This document shows positions 44,201 through 56,700 of a stretch of DNA of 64,000 nucleotides, one piece after another (position 1 is the first letter of the stretch; the number at the start of each line of letters is the position of its first letter). Source of the DNA: Tubulanus polymorphus (taxonomy: Eukaryota; Animalia; Nemertea); NCBI RefSeq assembly GCF_964204645.1, contig NC_134028.1, positions 20,952,345 through 21,016,344 on the forward strand. The letters run 5' to 3'. The notes under the pieces were generated by a model that was not told the DNA's origin, made no database searches, and worked only from the letters and a program-made list of their open reading frames with translations. Both the position numbers and the translations under genes were made by a program.

Positions 44201-45400
44201 AATACAGATACAGCTATGTCACTGTCATGAATTGTCTGTATCTGTATTGATAGTTGTGAGTAGTCCTGTCCTCTGAGTCCGGCCTGGCCTGGGCAGTCTG
44301 GGCGAACTTCGGTTATCGCAGTTAGTCGACTATAGTTGATCTAAATGAAACCGAATGTCAGTTAGTCGGAACTAAGGTCCGGAAACGGTCAACCACGCAA
44401 TTGAGTATGGTTGCTATAGTTTGGACCCAAGTTCAAGATGGCCGACACTGTGAAATATACTACAACAAAACTTTAGTGCGTTCAGTTATTAGTTCCGACC
44501 ACTAGTCGACTTGTTATGAAAAACGAAGGTGGCCCTGGGCTGGGGCAGACTTTGGTCTGGATGAATTGAATTGAATCACAGGCACTCGCTGATGGGCTTG
44601 GGATACAGTTGCTGGGGTTTTTGATAGTGTATTTGTGTTTTCATTCGTTATTCTGCAATAAATCCGAGACAAAATGTCTTGGTACTGATACGTTTAAAAA
44701 GATAATGGCCGCTGGCTCCACAACACGGCGACCTCACAAAACACTAACAAACTTCATTTTTCATCTAAAATTAAAACTTTTATTTCATATGACACCGAAC
44801 GTCGTTCAACCGCTGTATTTGAATATAGAAGGGGAATACTTGTAGCAGGTGCCCGTGTGGCCTAGTGTTGCCGTCTCAACGCCTGTAAAGTTTTTCCTAT
44901 ACGCTCACGCTTCGTCAACTACCTTTTCTTTTATATTACTAAATACCTTTCACAAATTGACAGTGTCTCACAATTGGATGGAATAATAGGATATATAACT
45001 GTCATATCACTAGTAAGTGTCGTATAAAATAAAAGTTTTGATTTTAGATTGAAAAACGAAGTTTGTTCAGTATTTTGGGGTATTTTGTGAGGTCGCAGTG
45101 TGTGGAGCCAGCGGCCATTATCTTTTTAAACGTATCTGTACCAAGAAGACATTTTTTCTCGGATTTATTGCAGAATAACGAATGAAAACACAAATACACT
45201 ATCAAAAACCCCAGCAACTGTATCCCAAGCCCATCGGCGAGTGCCTGTGTGATTGAATGGAATGTTGACGTTGTTGACATGAAATAGCAATTTTACTGAC
45301 TCATAAATGAGGTTAAATTACTCACGTAAGTTGTAAAATGGCGTCGTTTTAGATACTGGTTAATTGTTGTTTGTATATGATCGCGTCGGATCCGTTTCAT
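35284..45400 (-). CDS. TAF5L: TAF5-like SAGA/PCAF subunit (PAF65-beta), WD40 protein, 12 exons
   Basis: Exons 45400-45326, 43667-43495, 42241-42117, 41712-41464, 40671-40470, 39903-39730, 38189-38083, 37824-37743, 37573-37462, 36903-36735, 35883-35694, 35413-35284. N-terminus MKRIRRDHIQTTINQYLKRRH is TAF5L-type; WD40 repeats KFHPNGNYIATGSSDSTIRLW and AFSPNGKYLASAGEDRHIKLWELG. Confidence 0.94.
35480..35672. repeat. Dispersed repeat; second copy at ~42750-43010
   Basis: Shared GAAGCAGGGT.CGATCGAAGCA, ACAAGT.TATTTTCA..A.GGCAAGT and TTTTTGAGGGGGCAA...TTTCAGATAT.CTTGCCCC. Confidence 0.8.
37853..38019. mobile_element. pogo/Tigger-like MITE
   Basis: TA-CAGTGAACCCCGATATAC...GTGTATCGGGGGTTGAGTG-TA; same family as 52504-52679. 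Confidence 0.85.
42331..42702. mobile_element. TIR element with 6-bp target-site duplication
   Basis: ~75-bp TIRs TACAGAAGCGATAAAAGGCC...GTCGCGTTCCAACTCGACAAGTCG / CGACTTGTCGAGTTGGAACGCGAC...GGCCCTTTATCGCTTCCGTA. TSD CTTATC at 42325-42330 and 42703-42708. Confidence 0.88.
43930..44213 (+). mobile_element. 3' remnant of a CR1/L2-clade LINE
   Basis: Translation QYRNSFFPRS... resembles the C-terminal YxxSFFPRxxxxWNxLP motif of CR1/L2 ORF2; followed by a short UTR and a tandem tail ATACAGATACAG. Confidence 0.65.
44574..45254. mobile_element. Foldback element with ~220-bp inverted arms
   Basis: 44574-44795 is the reverse complement of ~45016-45254; ORFs 44609 (+) and 45044 (-) give the same peptide LLGFLIVYLCFHSLFCNKSE. 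In TAF5L intron 1. Confidence 0.9.
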
Positions 45401-47753
45401 TTTCAAAATTGATGAAATGATACACACATTACCACCACTTCTCAACTATCTGTCAACGCCATCTTGTCGAATCCGATACCGGACTCGGTCTTAGATGGAG
45501 CCACTGTACGGTGGATATGCGATGAGTGACTGAGACTCCTCTTTTTTCTCTCTTCCTTCCCCATAGAATCGTGTTTTATAGAACCATTTCTCGAGGTGTA
45601 AAGAAGAAAATGTCGTAATGCTACCGATGGCGATGGTGTAAGTACTTACAGTTTGTGTCAGATTCTAACCGTCTAGTGCTGCCCCTGTATATCGTGGCGA
45701 ATACATGAACTATTCACTACTCATGCCCGGCGATAGAGCCCCCCACCCCCAAATATTCTACATTCCTGGTTCTGCCTCAGTATTATTCACTGTATAAATG
45801 TATTTGGATTATACGTGGCCTAATACCAAAAACACATAATTTGAACAAGATAATTTTACATATCGCACGGGCTGAATTAAAAACTTAGGTAATTAAATAG
45901 AGAATTCATAACCTCCAGTTTGCTATTTAAACGTATCAGATAAAACTCCGTGCAGGTTTGAAAATAGTTCGTCATCAAGCCTACACTACCTCGATGGCAA
46001 AGCAACGTCATCGACGCTGATGACGTCATTTGTTTGCCGCGCACTGTTTTGACAACCCGAATAGCGCGCTGTGAATGGACACGCTGTATACTACGATCAA
46101 CAGTCTAAAAGGTAGGAGATTGTCTGAATTTCAGAATTTTGGATCCGAGTCACACTGATGCAGCGGGCATAAAAAAATTATCTCTGCTCAACTATGTTGA
46201 TTTGATTCAATGCTATTACTTAAAACTTAAGAACATTTTAGGCATGTTTCAATTAAGATATTTTCGGATATAAGAATAGCAATTCCTGGGTACCAATCTA
46301 CCGACCGCTAGCGGTTTACAGATTATGCTATTCCCGATGGCCAGAGCGGTGGAAACATAATTCAGGAATTGTAGAGACCAATCGAAACCTTCTTAAAATT
46401 GGCTCTGATATTAGGCATACAAAGCTAATCAATTGCCAGCGGCATAAACTGAATTGAGATCAAGTTTCAGAAAAGCTAGACAGATAAAGTTGTCCCAATA
46501 ACCAATAACCACAGAAGCGATAACAATAAAAACCTTATTTTCTAATGAGTAATACTAGTTTATTGACACGAACGTTTTTGGAGCATATCCCGTCATCAGA
46601 TGAAATACAAGTGAATTAAATTAGTATAACTATATACACGGACTCATATAAGGAACATAAGTTATCAAAATTGCTGACAATGGTTTCGTGAATAAATTAT
46701 AAAGGCTATAAGTAATAACGCGGTTAAAAGCTGAAATAAAGATATCATAATTTTGGCAAACAGATCTATATGCTTATAACGTACTACATCAAACATCTCA
46801 ATTCAAACAGCTTAATGCTGTAACAATGTTTTGTTTATAAAGGAATTAGAAGGTGACGATTGACTCGAGAATGTGTTGTGTTTGTGACTGGTTAAAAAAG
46901 GTTTCTATCATATACATTGGTCATTCATTATTCAACTACACATTTCTGTTGTAAACGTTTAGTTGCTAAGGACTACATCCTACATCAATACAAGCGATGT
47001 TGTGCCGCGCAATCCAGTATCGAGTCAATTCGTGAAATTAATGGACCTTCCTGCGTTACTGGTCGGTTGTTTAGTTGGTGAAACAGTTGATAGGTCTATA
47101 TCACGAAAAAGTCAGTTCGCAACGATTGAACGATTCAAAAACGTGGAAGGATTCGCTGCTATGTATTTGAACTTTGTATTTAGACATTCCTTTGTATTTG
47201 TCACACCTGTCATCAGTGAAATTATTGTGAAATTTTATTCTCTGATTTCTTTATTGTGCAGGACCCCAGCGGGTCATGTTTGTTTGACCGTTTCCATATT
47301 CTGCCTATTGTTTCGTCTTGCACTGATGTTTGTACTGATGTCACATCTGTTGTTGGTTCTGCGACTATAGTGACTGTCGCGGTGTTAGTGAATAGCGCTG
47401 TTGAGTCAGTACTAATATTGCTGTTACAATTAGTAGTTCTATGTACGGCAGACGATCGCAGCGTCAGCAGAGTATTAACTAATCAACGATATTTTTCCAT
47501 GTGAATTCTACTTTCATACTTAGCGATTCGGAATTATCATTCGAACGGACGGTGATGTTTGGGAATTAACTCTGTATTCGGAACTCCGGAGGCAATTTCT
47601 GATTTCTAGTAGACGAGAAACCATATGAAGAACGGTCGTGAATATCTTTATAAACCTCTGTCTTATTCCTTTATTTACAGGGACGAAATAATGGCGTGAA
47701 AGTTTTATTCGATGTTCTGTAACGAGAGGGAATTAAACCGGTAATTGAACAAG

Positions 47754-50700
47754 ATGAGTAGTAATAACGGGACTTGTGACGTGACCACCTATAAGTGTTC
47801 AAATGTGGGATTACTGCTGCCATTTGTGAATGAATACACCTGGCCCGTGGCCGGAAGAGCTGTTATCTATTTACTCGGATTACTTTGGTGCTTTCTCGGT
47901 ATTTCGATCATCGCCGATGTTTTCATGTGCGCAATCGAGAAAATTACCTCGAAAACGAAAACGGTTTTGATCGCGAATTTAGAAGTGCCCGGCGAACACG
48001 AGGAAGTCGAAGTGAAAGTATGGAACGACACGGTGGCTAATTTGACATTGATGGCGCTCGGCTCCAGCGCTCCGGAGATTCTACTCTCGATATTCGAAGT
48101 TTGCGTAACGAGGGGTTTCAAATCCGGCGAACTCGGTCCGGGCACGATCGTCGGGTCGGCCGCCTTCAATTTACTGGTCATCATCGCGGTCTGTATCGGA
48201 GCCATCCCTTCTCCGGAGGTTCGTCGAATCAAAGCGATTAAAGTGTTCTACGTAACTGCTTTCTTTTCGGTATTCGCTTACATCTGGTTGATAATAATTC
48301 TCGTTCTCATAACGCCCGATTACGTGGACCTCTGGGAGGGAATTTTGACGTTTTTGTTTTTTCCGATGCTCGTGCTGATCGCGTTCATGTGCGATAAAGA
48401 TTATCTGGGACGGAAAGATCGAACTGTCGACGACGAGGAAGAGAGAGGGTATCGTAAGTATGATGGTATGTGTTAGTGTGCAACCGATGATGGTCCTGTG
48501 TTGCATGTTTTTAATACTTTTAACTTATTCAACAACGAAAACTGAGTTCACAAACTGAGTTCACAAACTGAGTTCCCAAACTGAGTTCCCAGAGATGTCG
48601 CTAATTGTCTTCCATGGCACAAATCAAATGATTTCAATTCATACAATTGGATACGTAGTGGCCAATTTATTGTCAGTTGGGAGGCTCCAGGGTCTGACAT
48701 AACAGTTATCAGTTTTTTTTTAAATTCTATTCCACTCAAATTACATACGTTTCGTTTATATGAATATGTTCGATTGAAATCCTCTCACACATGGCTCTAA
48801 TTGATGCGGTTTTTACTGCGGCGTCAAATTGCGGCACGAATGTAAATGTAACAGGATACACTGTTTTTCGTTACTGTTACCCAATTTTCTATAAGTGTTA
48901 CGTATTTTTGTCGGAGATGTGTGTATGTAATGATAATCTATACCTTCCTATGCGTTAGAGTTAGGTTTTAGCCCACATGATTGTGTGGATTTCGTCCATT
49001 CTGCCGGGGATGTGCGCAGGTGAATATCTAATTATGAATTTAGGTAATAATCCCCCGTTGAAAATCCCACAAGTTGGAATTCCTCCCAGATATAAATCCC
49101 CCTGGTACTAATCCCCCGAGTTCAGTTTTGTATCAAACTTAAGTATAAAACCTATATGAAAATAGATAATACTTTTTACAATTATATTTAGGGTACATAG
49201 ATATTTTACCTTTAAACTAGATTTCGTCATAGAAATTTTCAAAACTACGATAATATAATTTCGTATGCATGTTCTTGCTAAAAGTCACAGAATTATGTAA
49301 TTTTCATGCACGTAGCTTGATAAAAGTCCAAGGTGAATATTGTGAAAAACATCACGGTAAATCTGAAATTTTTTGAAAAGTATTCAAAGTTTTTTTATCA
49401 TAACAATATTGAAGTATATTAATGTGAAATCAAATTGGGGGGGGGGTTCTTACCACGGGGATTTTTACTTCCGGTAATAATGTATACGTTCCTATGGGTT
49501 AGACTTAGTTGATCGTGATATCATTAATCGAATGACGATTCATATCCCTGGGGTAAATGGTCTTTAGGCTGAGGAAGGACATCGTTGTTTGTGAACTCAG
49601 TTTTCTGACACTAATAGTTTTTTTTTCCAGTTGTAAAGTAATGATTTATCGATTACATATCTTCTGTTTCACCCGTAAATAGATGCCTTTTATCGCTCCC
49701 AACATAACTATAACATATAATGTAATTTCATTATAACATTTATAACTATTCTTTTCTTCCTCCCAAAAAGGTGTTAGATTTCCGCAACTAATATAATAAG
49801 CATTCTTAATATCAGATTTATTCGCAGCAGTTCACGGCATGAATTCATTGTGCGCTTTAAGAATTTTATCGTGCATAGAACATGTAATATACAATATCAA
49901 GTGACAGTGATACAAATGTACTATAGTCTTCGCTTAAGTCGGATCTTTTAGGGACGTAAAAATGTATCCGACCTCAGCGATATCCGAGTCGGATGATACG
50001 AATTTCTTGAATAGTGTTACGAGAAATATTTCAACAAACATCCGAGTAATTGAACGGTTATCCGAGTTGATCGGATCCGACGACTCGGGTGGAGTCCCCA
50101 ACCACTGTTAGCAGTGTGTCGTCAGTTTGTTGATGACTTGTCCCCAATGCAATGATTTCCCATGACGCAATAACTGTATCACACTACATCAATATGAATA
50201 AGAATGTCTTGTTTTATTGCGTCGTATGTATTTCAAGTGCTTTTAATGCTTCGATTTAATGAAGACTAATCATAATGTAGCTAACACTGTAACGAGGACT
50301 CTAAAACGTAATATCTCACTGTACAGGGTTAATCGACATGTTTTTTTTATCTGCGGCTGTGTAACATAAAGAATTGTAATATTCTAATCTTTGAAAACCG
50401 ATGCTGCTATTATAAAAAGAGACTAACGGTTTTAGGACCATTGAATTGTTGCACCTTACACATATATCTCCAAACGTTGTGTTGAACAAACCAAAATTAC
50501 AACAAAAAAAACTTTGAGATTTTCGGCCTGACCTATTCGTCTCAAATTACACTAATGAGCTGTTAATTTCTTAATGCATATTTTACGAAGTTAAATCGAT
50601 AAGACGTGATTCCTGTTTATATACGTGATTTATATTCCCAGGGAAGTTGCGCAAAAGAACAGAAATTAACGAACCGGAAAAAAGTTATAAAATACGCTCG

Positions 50701-53700
50701 ACATCTTGACTTTAAGCGGATTTTTCATGATCTGTCGCGCGTGGTTTTTGTATACCTCAAAGACTCGGTCGCTAACCATAACCTGTAAGAAGTCACCCAT
50801 ACTGAATCAGTCAATAACCTCGCCTACTATAGTGCGTGCTATACTCTTTTTGCCAGGATTTTTCATTCATATCCGAGCAATGGAAAACTCGATAAACGAG
50901 TCGCTATAGTGACCCCGGTGTTTATCAACAATGTTCGATCGTAAATATTGTAGAAGCTGTTTTGATCTGATCGATCACTGAATCAAATCTGAATAATAAT
51001 CAAAGCGTATTAGAAACACGCGCGTAGTCGGTTGGAGGCCGATCTCGAATCAGCGCCGCCTCTTTTTACTAAATAAATATGTAAAATATAACATTCTATA
51101 GATAGTCGCAATCGACCATGGAAACTATAGCTACCGCAAAACTGTTTTTCTGGTTAGTGAATGGATTCAGTTTCACTTCAACAACCCCCGTCAGGTCTCC
51201 CACTCATGTTTTAAACACAGAACTAAGAAAGATAGCATGAATCGCAGTAGTGAAATTTATCATTTTCTCGCATTGTATGGTAGTTTTTGAATTGTGAACT
51301 TATGACTCTTAGACGGTTTGCTGTGAATTCATTTACTTCAAATTCTTAATGGACAAACAGTTCATCATGTGAGTCCATGATTATAATGCGTTTCGATATA
51401 CACGATGATCATGGCCAGTTTATGTATATACGTTATAACTACCGATTATTAGTGCTAAGTGCATCTAAATTGATATTACATCACGGTCTCTTGATCATGC
51501 GATACAAAATTAATACCTATAATAAATTCAATGGTAAATCCTTAAGTGCGGAGAATGTAGCGCTTGTGTATAGAACTTAGTAATATAGGCTAAATTCTAC
51601 TACTACTACTACACTACAACCACGTCATGTATCAAGAAACCTGTTTCATGTCGTTCTTTATGTTTTGTTAAATTCATTTCAAATTTTTACGGTTTGGAAT
51701 TGTCCTATTTTGAACGCACACGTATTATACGGTACATTGTGTTCATTCCGGAATAGGTTGCCTCGGATTAGCGCGCCTAACAATATATTACGAATTTTCT
51801 CCACCAAACTCCAATTTCTCGTCATGTAACGACCCATCCCTGCTCCAACTTGTTCGAATTTATTGGGCCTGCGAGAACTGAGGCAAACGCACAGTCTAAG
51901 TTAGGAGTTACTTGGAGTAATCATTTATCAAATGATTACTCCAAGGTTAGAGTGATTGTTGTTGGATATTTGGAATAGTCATAAATGTGTGCACCGCCCT
52001 GTTTTAATCTATGGGAATAAGATTTAAATCAAAGTACCACGTTCTGCATTTGCGCATACCTCGCTATCACAAATCATTAGTGAAGTAAATGAACTAGTAA
52101 TTAACCAAATTGATTAATTAATTAATTAGCCGTCTGTGGAACACCGCACGCAGGATATTTAGATCTTCACCGATGTATGATCTCATTATGACGAATTCTC
52201 TTATAAGATGATATTCGAGTTATCAAATTATTTCTCAGCCTGATTTGATACTTCATACAAAATACGGTTCCACTGCAACTCCCGCTCTAGTTTTTGCCTG
52301 TTTTATCTGACATTTAATGTATCGATCTCTTATTTACACAGATGAACACGGTGTCCCACTCGGAGGAGATGATAGTCCGCATATTAGACAATTATTGAAG
52401 GTTGGTTGACCAAACACGAGTCTCAATACCTTTTTCTGTAAGGTATCAGCAGAAACGAACAAGAAGCCACTGATTTCGAACTCGAGATTTATATTGCATA
52501 ATACAGTCAACCCCGATATACCGCCCTCCCATATTTAACGCCACCCACGCCTGCCGCCAGATTTTCTCAATGTACATCTTTATACAAATACATAGTAAAA
52601 CACCCCGATATACCGCCTTTCTCTCTATACCGCCAAAATCATTCTGCACCGATGTGGCCGGTATATCGGAGGTTGACTGTATACTTATTATGGCCATCAC
52701 TATGAAATGAATAACTGAATCGAACGTTCTCTTGTAGGATATCGGTAAAGGTCAATACATTACTGAAGATGACGTCGCAAAATTGGCCGCAACTTTAAAA
52801 ACAGAAGAAGAAAGTCACTCGAAAATGTGGTATAGAATTAACGCCACTCGGAATATAACCGGCGCCAAAAAATTGACTCCGGTTCTCAATGAAGTCATGC
52901 AGGAGGTACGACCAGAATTGTGAAATATTTGTAGCTTTATATCACTCTAAACAGCAGCAGCTGTGCGGTAGCTTCTCTTTCTTCTCTACCGGGTCGATTT
53001 GACAATCGATATCATCTCTATAGACTCTATCTATATCAATCAGATAAATCATTACAATGAATATGTTGATTATGATTTCACCGCGTAGATAGCGCTGTTC
53101 AGTGGTGTATAATACGGTATGTTTTATTTTATGGCAGTGAAACCCCGCGTAGTTGTAGCTATGTGTAATATACATCATCGGCCAGCTTGTTGAATTTTTA
53201 ATCGCAATCATCCTGTAATCCATCAATCATTTACCTTTATTCAACAGTTCACTGCACAGTAACGTGCGTTTAAACATCAAAATTAGTATCCTGGCCGTTT
53301 CTCATCTGCAGCAATTCGCTGATTAAATCAGAGATAAATCGTCAGGACCCGTCACTGAGTATAGTCTTAGTTAAGATTAGTTAATTTTCTCCAGGTTCTA
53401 TAAATGAATTTATCCTTTTAGAATCAATGATCAGATTGTCACCTATTTGAAATGGAGTCCAGTTGATATTGTCCTATGTCCTCCCCTATGCCTGTAGAGC
53501 AATAAATATGTATCGTGATATGCATCAAAATGGAGTTAATTGGATTTAGCCTTACGTCGGATTTACGTGTGAAGGGTAGCACATGCATTTGATCACATCG
53601 GATTAGTTGGAACCAGAGTTATGATTACTGTCTAGATTTGATTTATGTTGGTATCGCATATGAATCATCGTTTAATACGCCATTCATGATCTGGTTTGTA

Positions 53701-56700
53701 ATTGACTATTTATTTGATGGACACAACAGCTTGAGATGAGTTGAGATGAAGGCTTCAAATCGTTGAGTCTCCTTACATTTTTCTTCTTTCTTAAGGTTTA
53801 CGATCACTTGAAAGAGAAGAAAGAACTAGGTTCGGATGTAAGCATCGATCCGCTCGGATCAAACATCGTAGACATGACGAATAATAATATGTTTACAGTA
53901 GTAGAGTTTACCGCTACCTCTTGTGCTGTGCTAGAGAACGAGGGTCGAGTTCGAATCGGAATTCAACGTTATGGGCGAATGAACAATAGAGTTATGGTGA
54001 AGTAAGTGATTTGTTTTGTTTGTTTGTTTGTTTTTGACTTTACGTCGCTTGGATCTTGGTTTCCAAAGACAAACCCTATTGGATTATTCAACCTCACGAC
54101 GGGACGGTTTTTGAATTGTTGCCAGCACACTGATTCTCAATTCCTCCCCCAGCGGGTCAAGCTCCTCCAATGGCCTCTTTGCTCCCCAGAGGGTTTGTTA
54201 GCGCCTCCAATATGGGCCTGTTAGCTCCTCCAGCGGGTCTGTTAACTCCTCCAGCGGGTCTGTTAGCTCATCCAGAGGGTCTGTTAGCACCTCCAACGGG
54301 TCTGTTAGCTCATCCAGCGGGTCTGTTAGCTCATCCAGCGGGTCTGTTAGCTCATCAAGCGAGTCTGTTAGCTCATCCAGCGGGTCTGTTAGCTCATCCA
54401 GCGGGTCTGTTAGCTCATCCAGCGGGTCTGTTAGCTCATCCAGCGGGTCTGTTAGCTCATTCAGCGGGTCTGTTAGCTCATCCAGCCAGTCTGTTAGCTT
54501 ATCCAGCGGGTCTGTTAGCTCATCCAGAGGGTCTGTTAGCTCCTCCAACGGGTCTGTTAGCACCTCCAACGGGTCTGTTGCTCCTCCAACGGGTCTGTTA
54601 GCTCCTACCAGTGGATCTGTCAGCTCATCCATCGAATCTGTTAGCTCATCCAGCGAATCTGTTAGCACCTCCAACCGGTCTGTTTGCTTACTGATATTCA
54701 AATCCGAATTCTAGGTCCATTATTTGTATCCAGATAACCGTGGAGACTCTATAGGTGGCTCTTGCCTAATGAATTATAGATCTGGCAATTGAAACAGTTC
54801 GAGCCTAACAATTTCGAGGACATCATTTTGTAGCGAGTTGTTATGACAACCTATGCATTAATTTCCTGCACACATTTCCAATTACTTGAAATATCAAACT
54901 AATAGTTTGCTGTTTGTGAAGCTACTGTCCTCGTGGATCTGTTTTTGAATGGTTTAATTACCACGTACTCCAGTGGATATCGTGGGTATCATCCTCTATT
55001 ATCATGATGTTTTAAACACAAAACTACGAAAGATAGTATGAATCGCAGTAGTGAAATTATCGCATTGTATCGCAGTTTTTGAATTGTGAACTTATGACTC
55101 TTAAAACTGCTGACAAGAATTGATCAAATATATGGGCCAACACCCGGGGCTGGCGGGAAGGAACCAAACCCTGGCAAGCGAGGGTGGTAAACTGTTTTCG
55201 TTAATAAGCGCGTTTGTAATTAAAACCTAATTAAACCTAGTTTGTAATAAAATCTGTGGAGTTAGATGTTCGATATGTCAAGTTGTTGTCAACTCTTCTC
55301 AAATTACAAAAAAATTCTTTCTAAGTTCGACGAATGGTTTGCATTGTAACTCTATAACCGCGTATGCATAGATGTATTGTGTGTGTGTATCATTTTGTAT
55401 GATCTACGAGCAATCATCTCAACTTAAGATAATTGCTCGTAGGTATCACCTTACTGGTGCGCTATTTGCTCAAAGTTATCCGGTTGGAAAGATCGTACTT
55501 CCTCAAGTACCTTGTGCACGTTGATTCGCGTCATCGATATATGCAATTTTTGAACCCGCTAAGCACCATCCTGTATTCGTGTTCTTCTCTAGTTCGTAGT
55601 ACATCTGAACGTATTCGAGAAAATGACTATTGGGATATTGTCGAAACTTTGAATAAGTCAAGGAAACGTTTAAGACTTTATTTTTCATTCGTATCGCATG
55701 ATTTTATTGACCTAACGGTTTTTATATGCAGAGTGAATACTGTAAATGGAACCGCTGAAGCCGGATCTGATTATATTCCCGTCAAAGAAACTCTCGTCTT
55801 CGAGCCGAATGAAAAATCGAAGAATCTCGACATCGAAATAATCGACGACGACGTCTGGGAACCGGATGAGGTGTTCTTCGTCAAACTTGTCGTCGATGAA
55901 AATCAAAACAAGGGTTGCGTCGCCGGCGCTAAATCGATTTGTCAAGTTACTATTCTCAATGACGATGGTGAGTATAGTTTGTTTTCTACTTTTCATCTGG
56001 CGACTAATATCGTTCTGTTCCGCACTGACCTTAGAATGGTATAGTGTCATATGTGTCTAGTAATCGTTAACCAAGGACTGTGTGGAACTGTGGAACTGTG
56101 GAGAACTGGTTCTTGTGTAGGAAATGTTAGAACTTTAGCATACAAGAATGTTTTAGCAACGAAATATCAATTTCTATCGAATTTCCGAGGGACACTACTA
56201 CGACTTTCTACTAGATTAGTGGTATTTTGTCCCATGTAGCCGGACCTTACATCGTACACCCCTAGCTATTCGATTATAACAATTTTTGTCACTTGTGTCA
56301 CTTGTAACAGGACCTTAAATCAAACGCCCCTAGCTGTAGTCTAGTACCTAGCCGCTGTTCCTGAAACAACGGCTAGGTTATCAACGGTTGTACCAAAACG
56401 TAAACAAAGACTGGTATTCAGACTACCCTAGCTGTTACATGGTGACGATTAGACCTTAAATCATATACGCCCAGCTCTTCTATACTGTTCCTGGAGACAT
56501 GAATTGCTGTATCTATTAATGCCCTAAATGGAAAGTCGTAATCTAGTAAATTATGTCCCCTCTGGAATTCCATAGATTTCAGCGTGAATTACATCTTTTT
56601 TTCTTCTCATTTCATTCACTCTCCACCTTTGAAATGATCAATATTACAGAACCCGGGAAGATAGAAATCGAGAATCCGACGTATGTATTCAAAGAGAGTG

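Noticed and set aside
44609-45280. Duplicated small membrane-protein genes
   Set aside because: Same peptide on both strands because these are the arms of an inverted repeat; non-ATG start on one and no splice or homology support.
54170-54701. ORFs on both strands (LAHPAGL / DELTDPL heptads)
   Set aside because: 21-bp minisatellite inside an NCX intron; flanking exons splice in phase without it.
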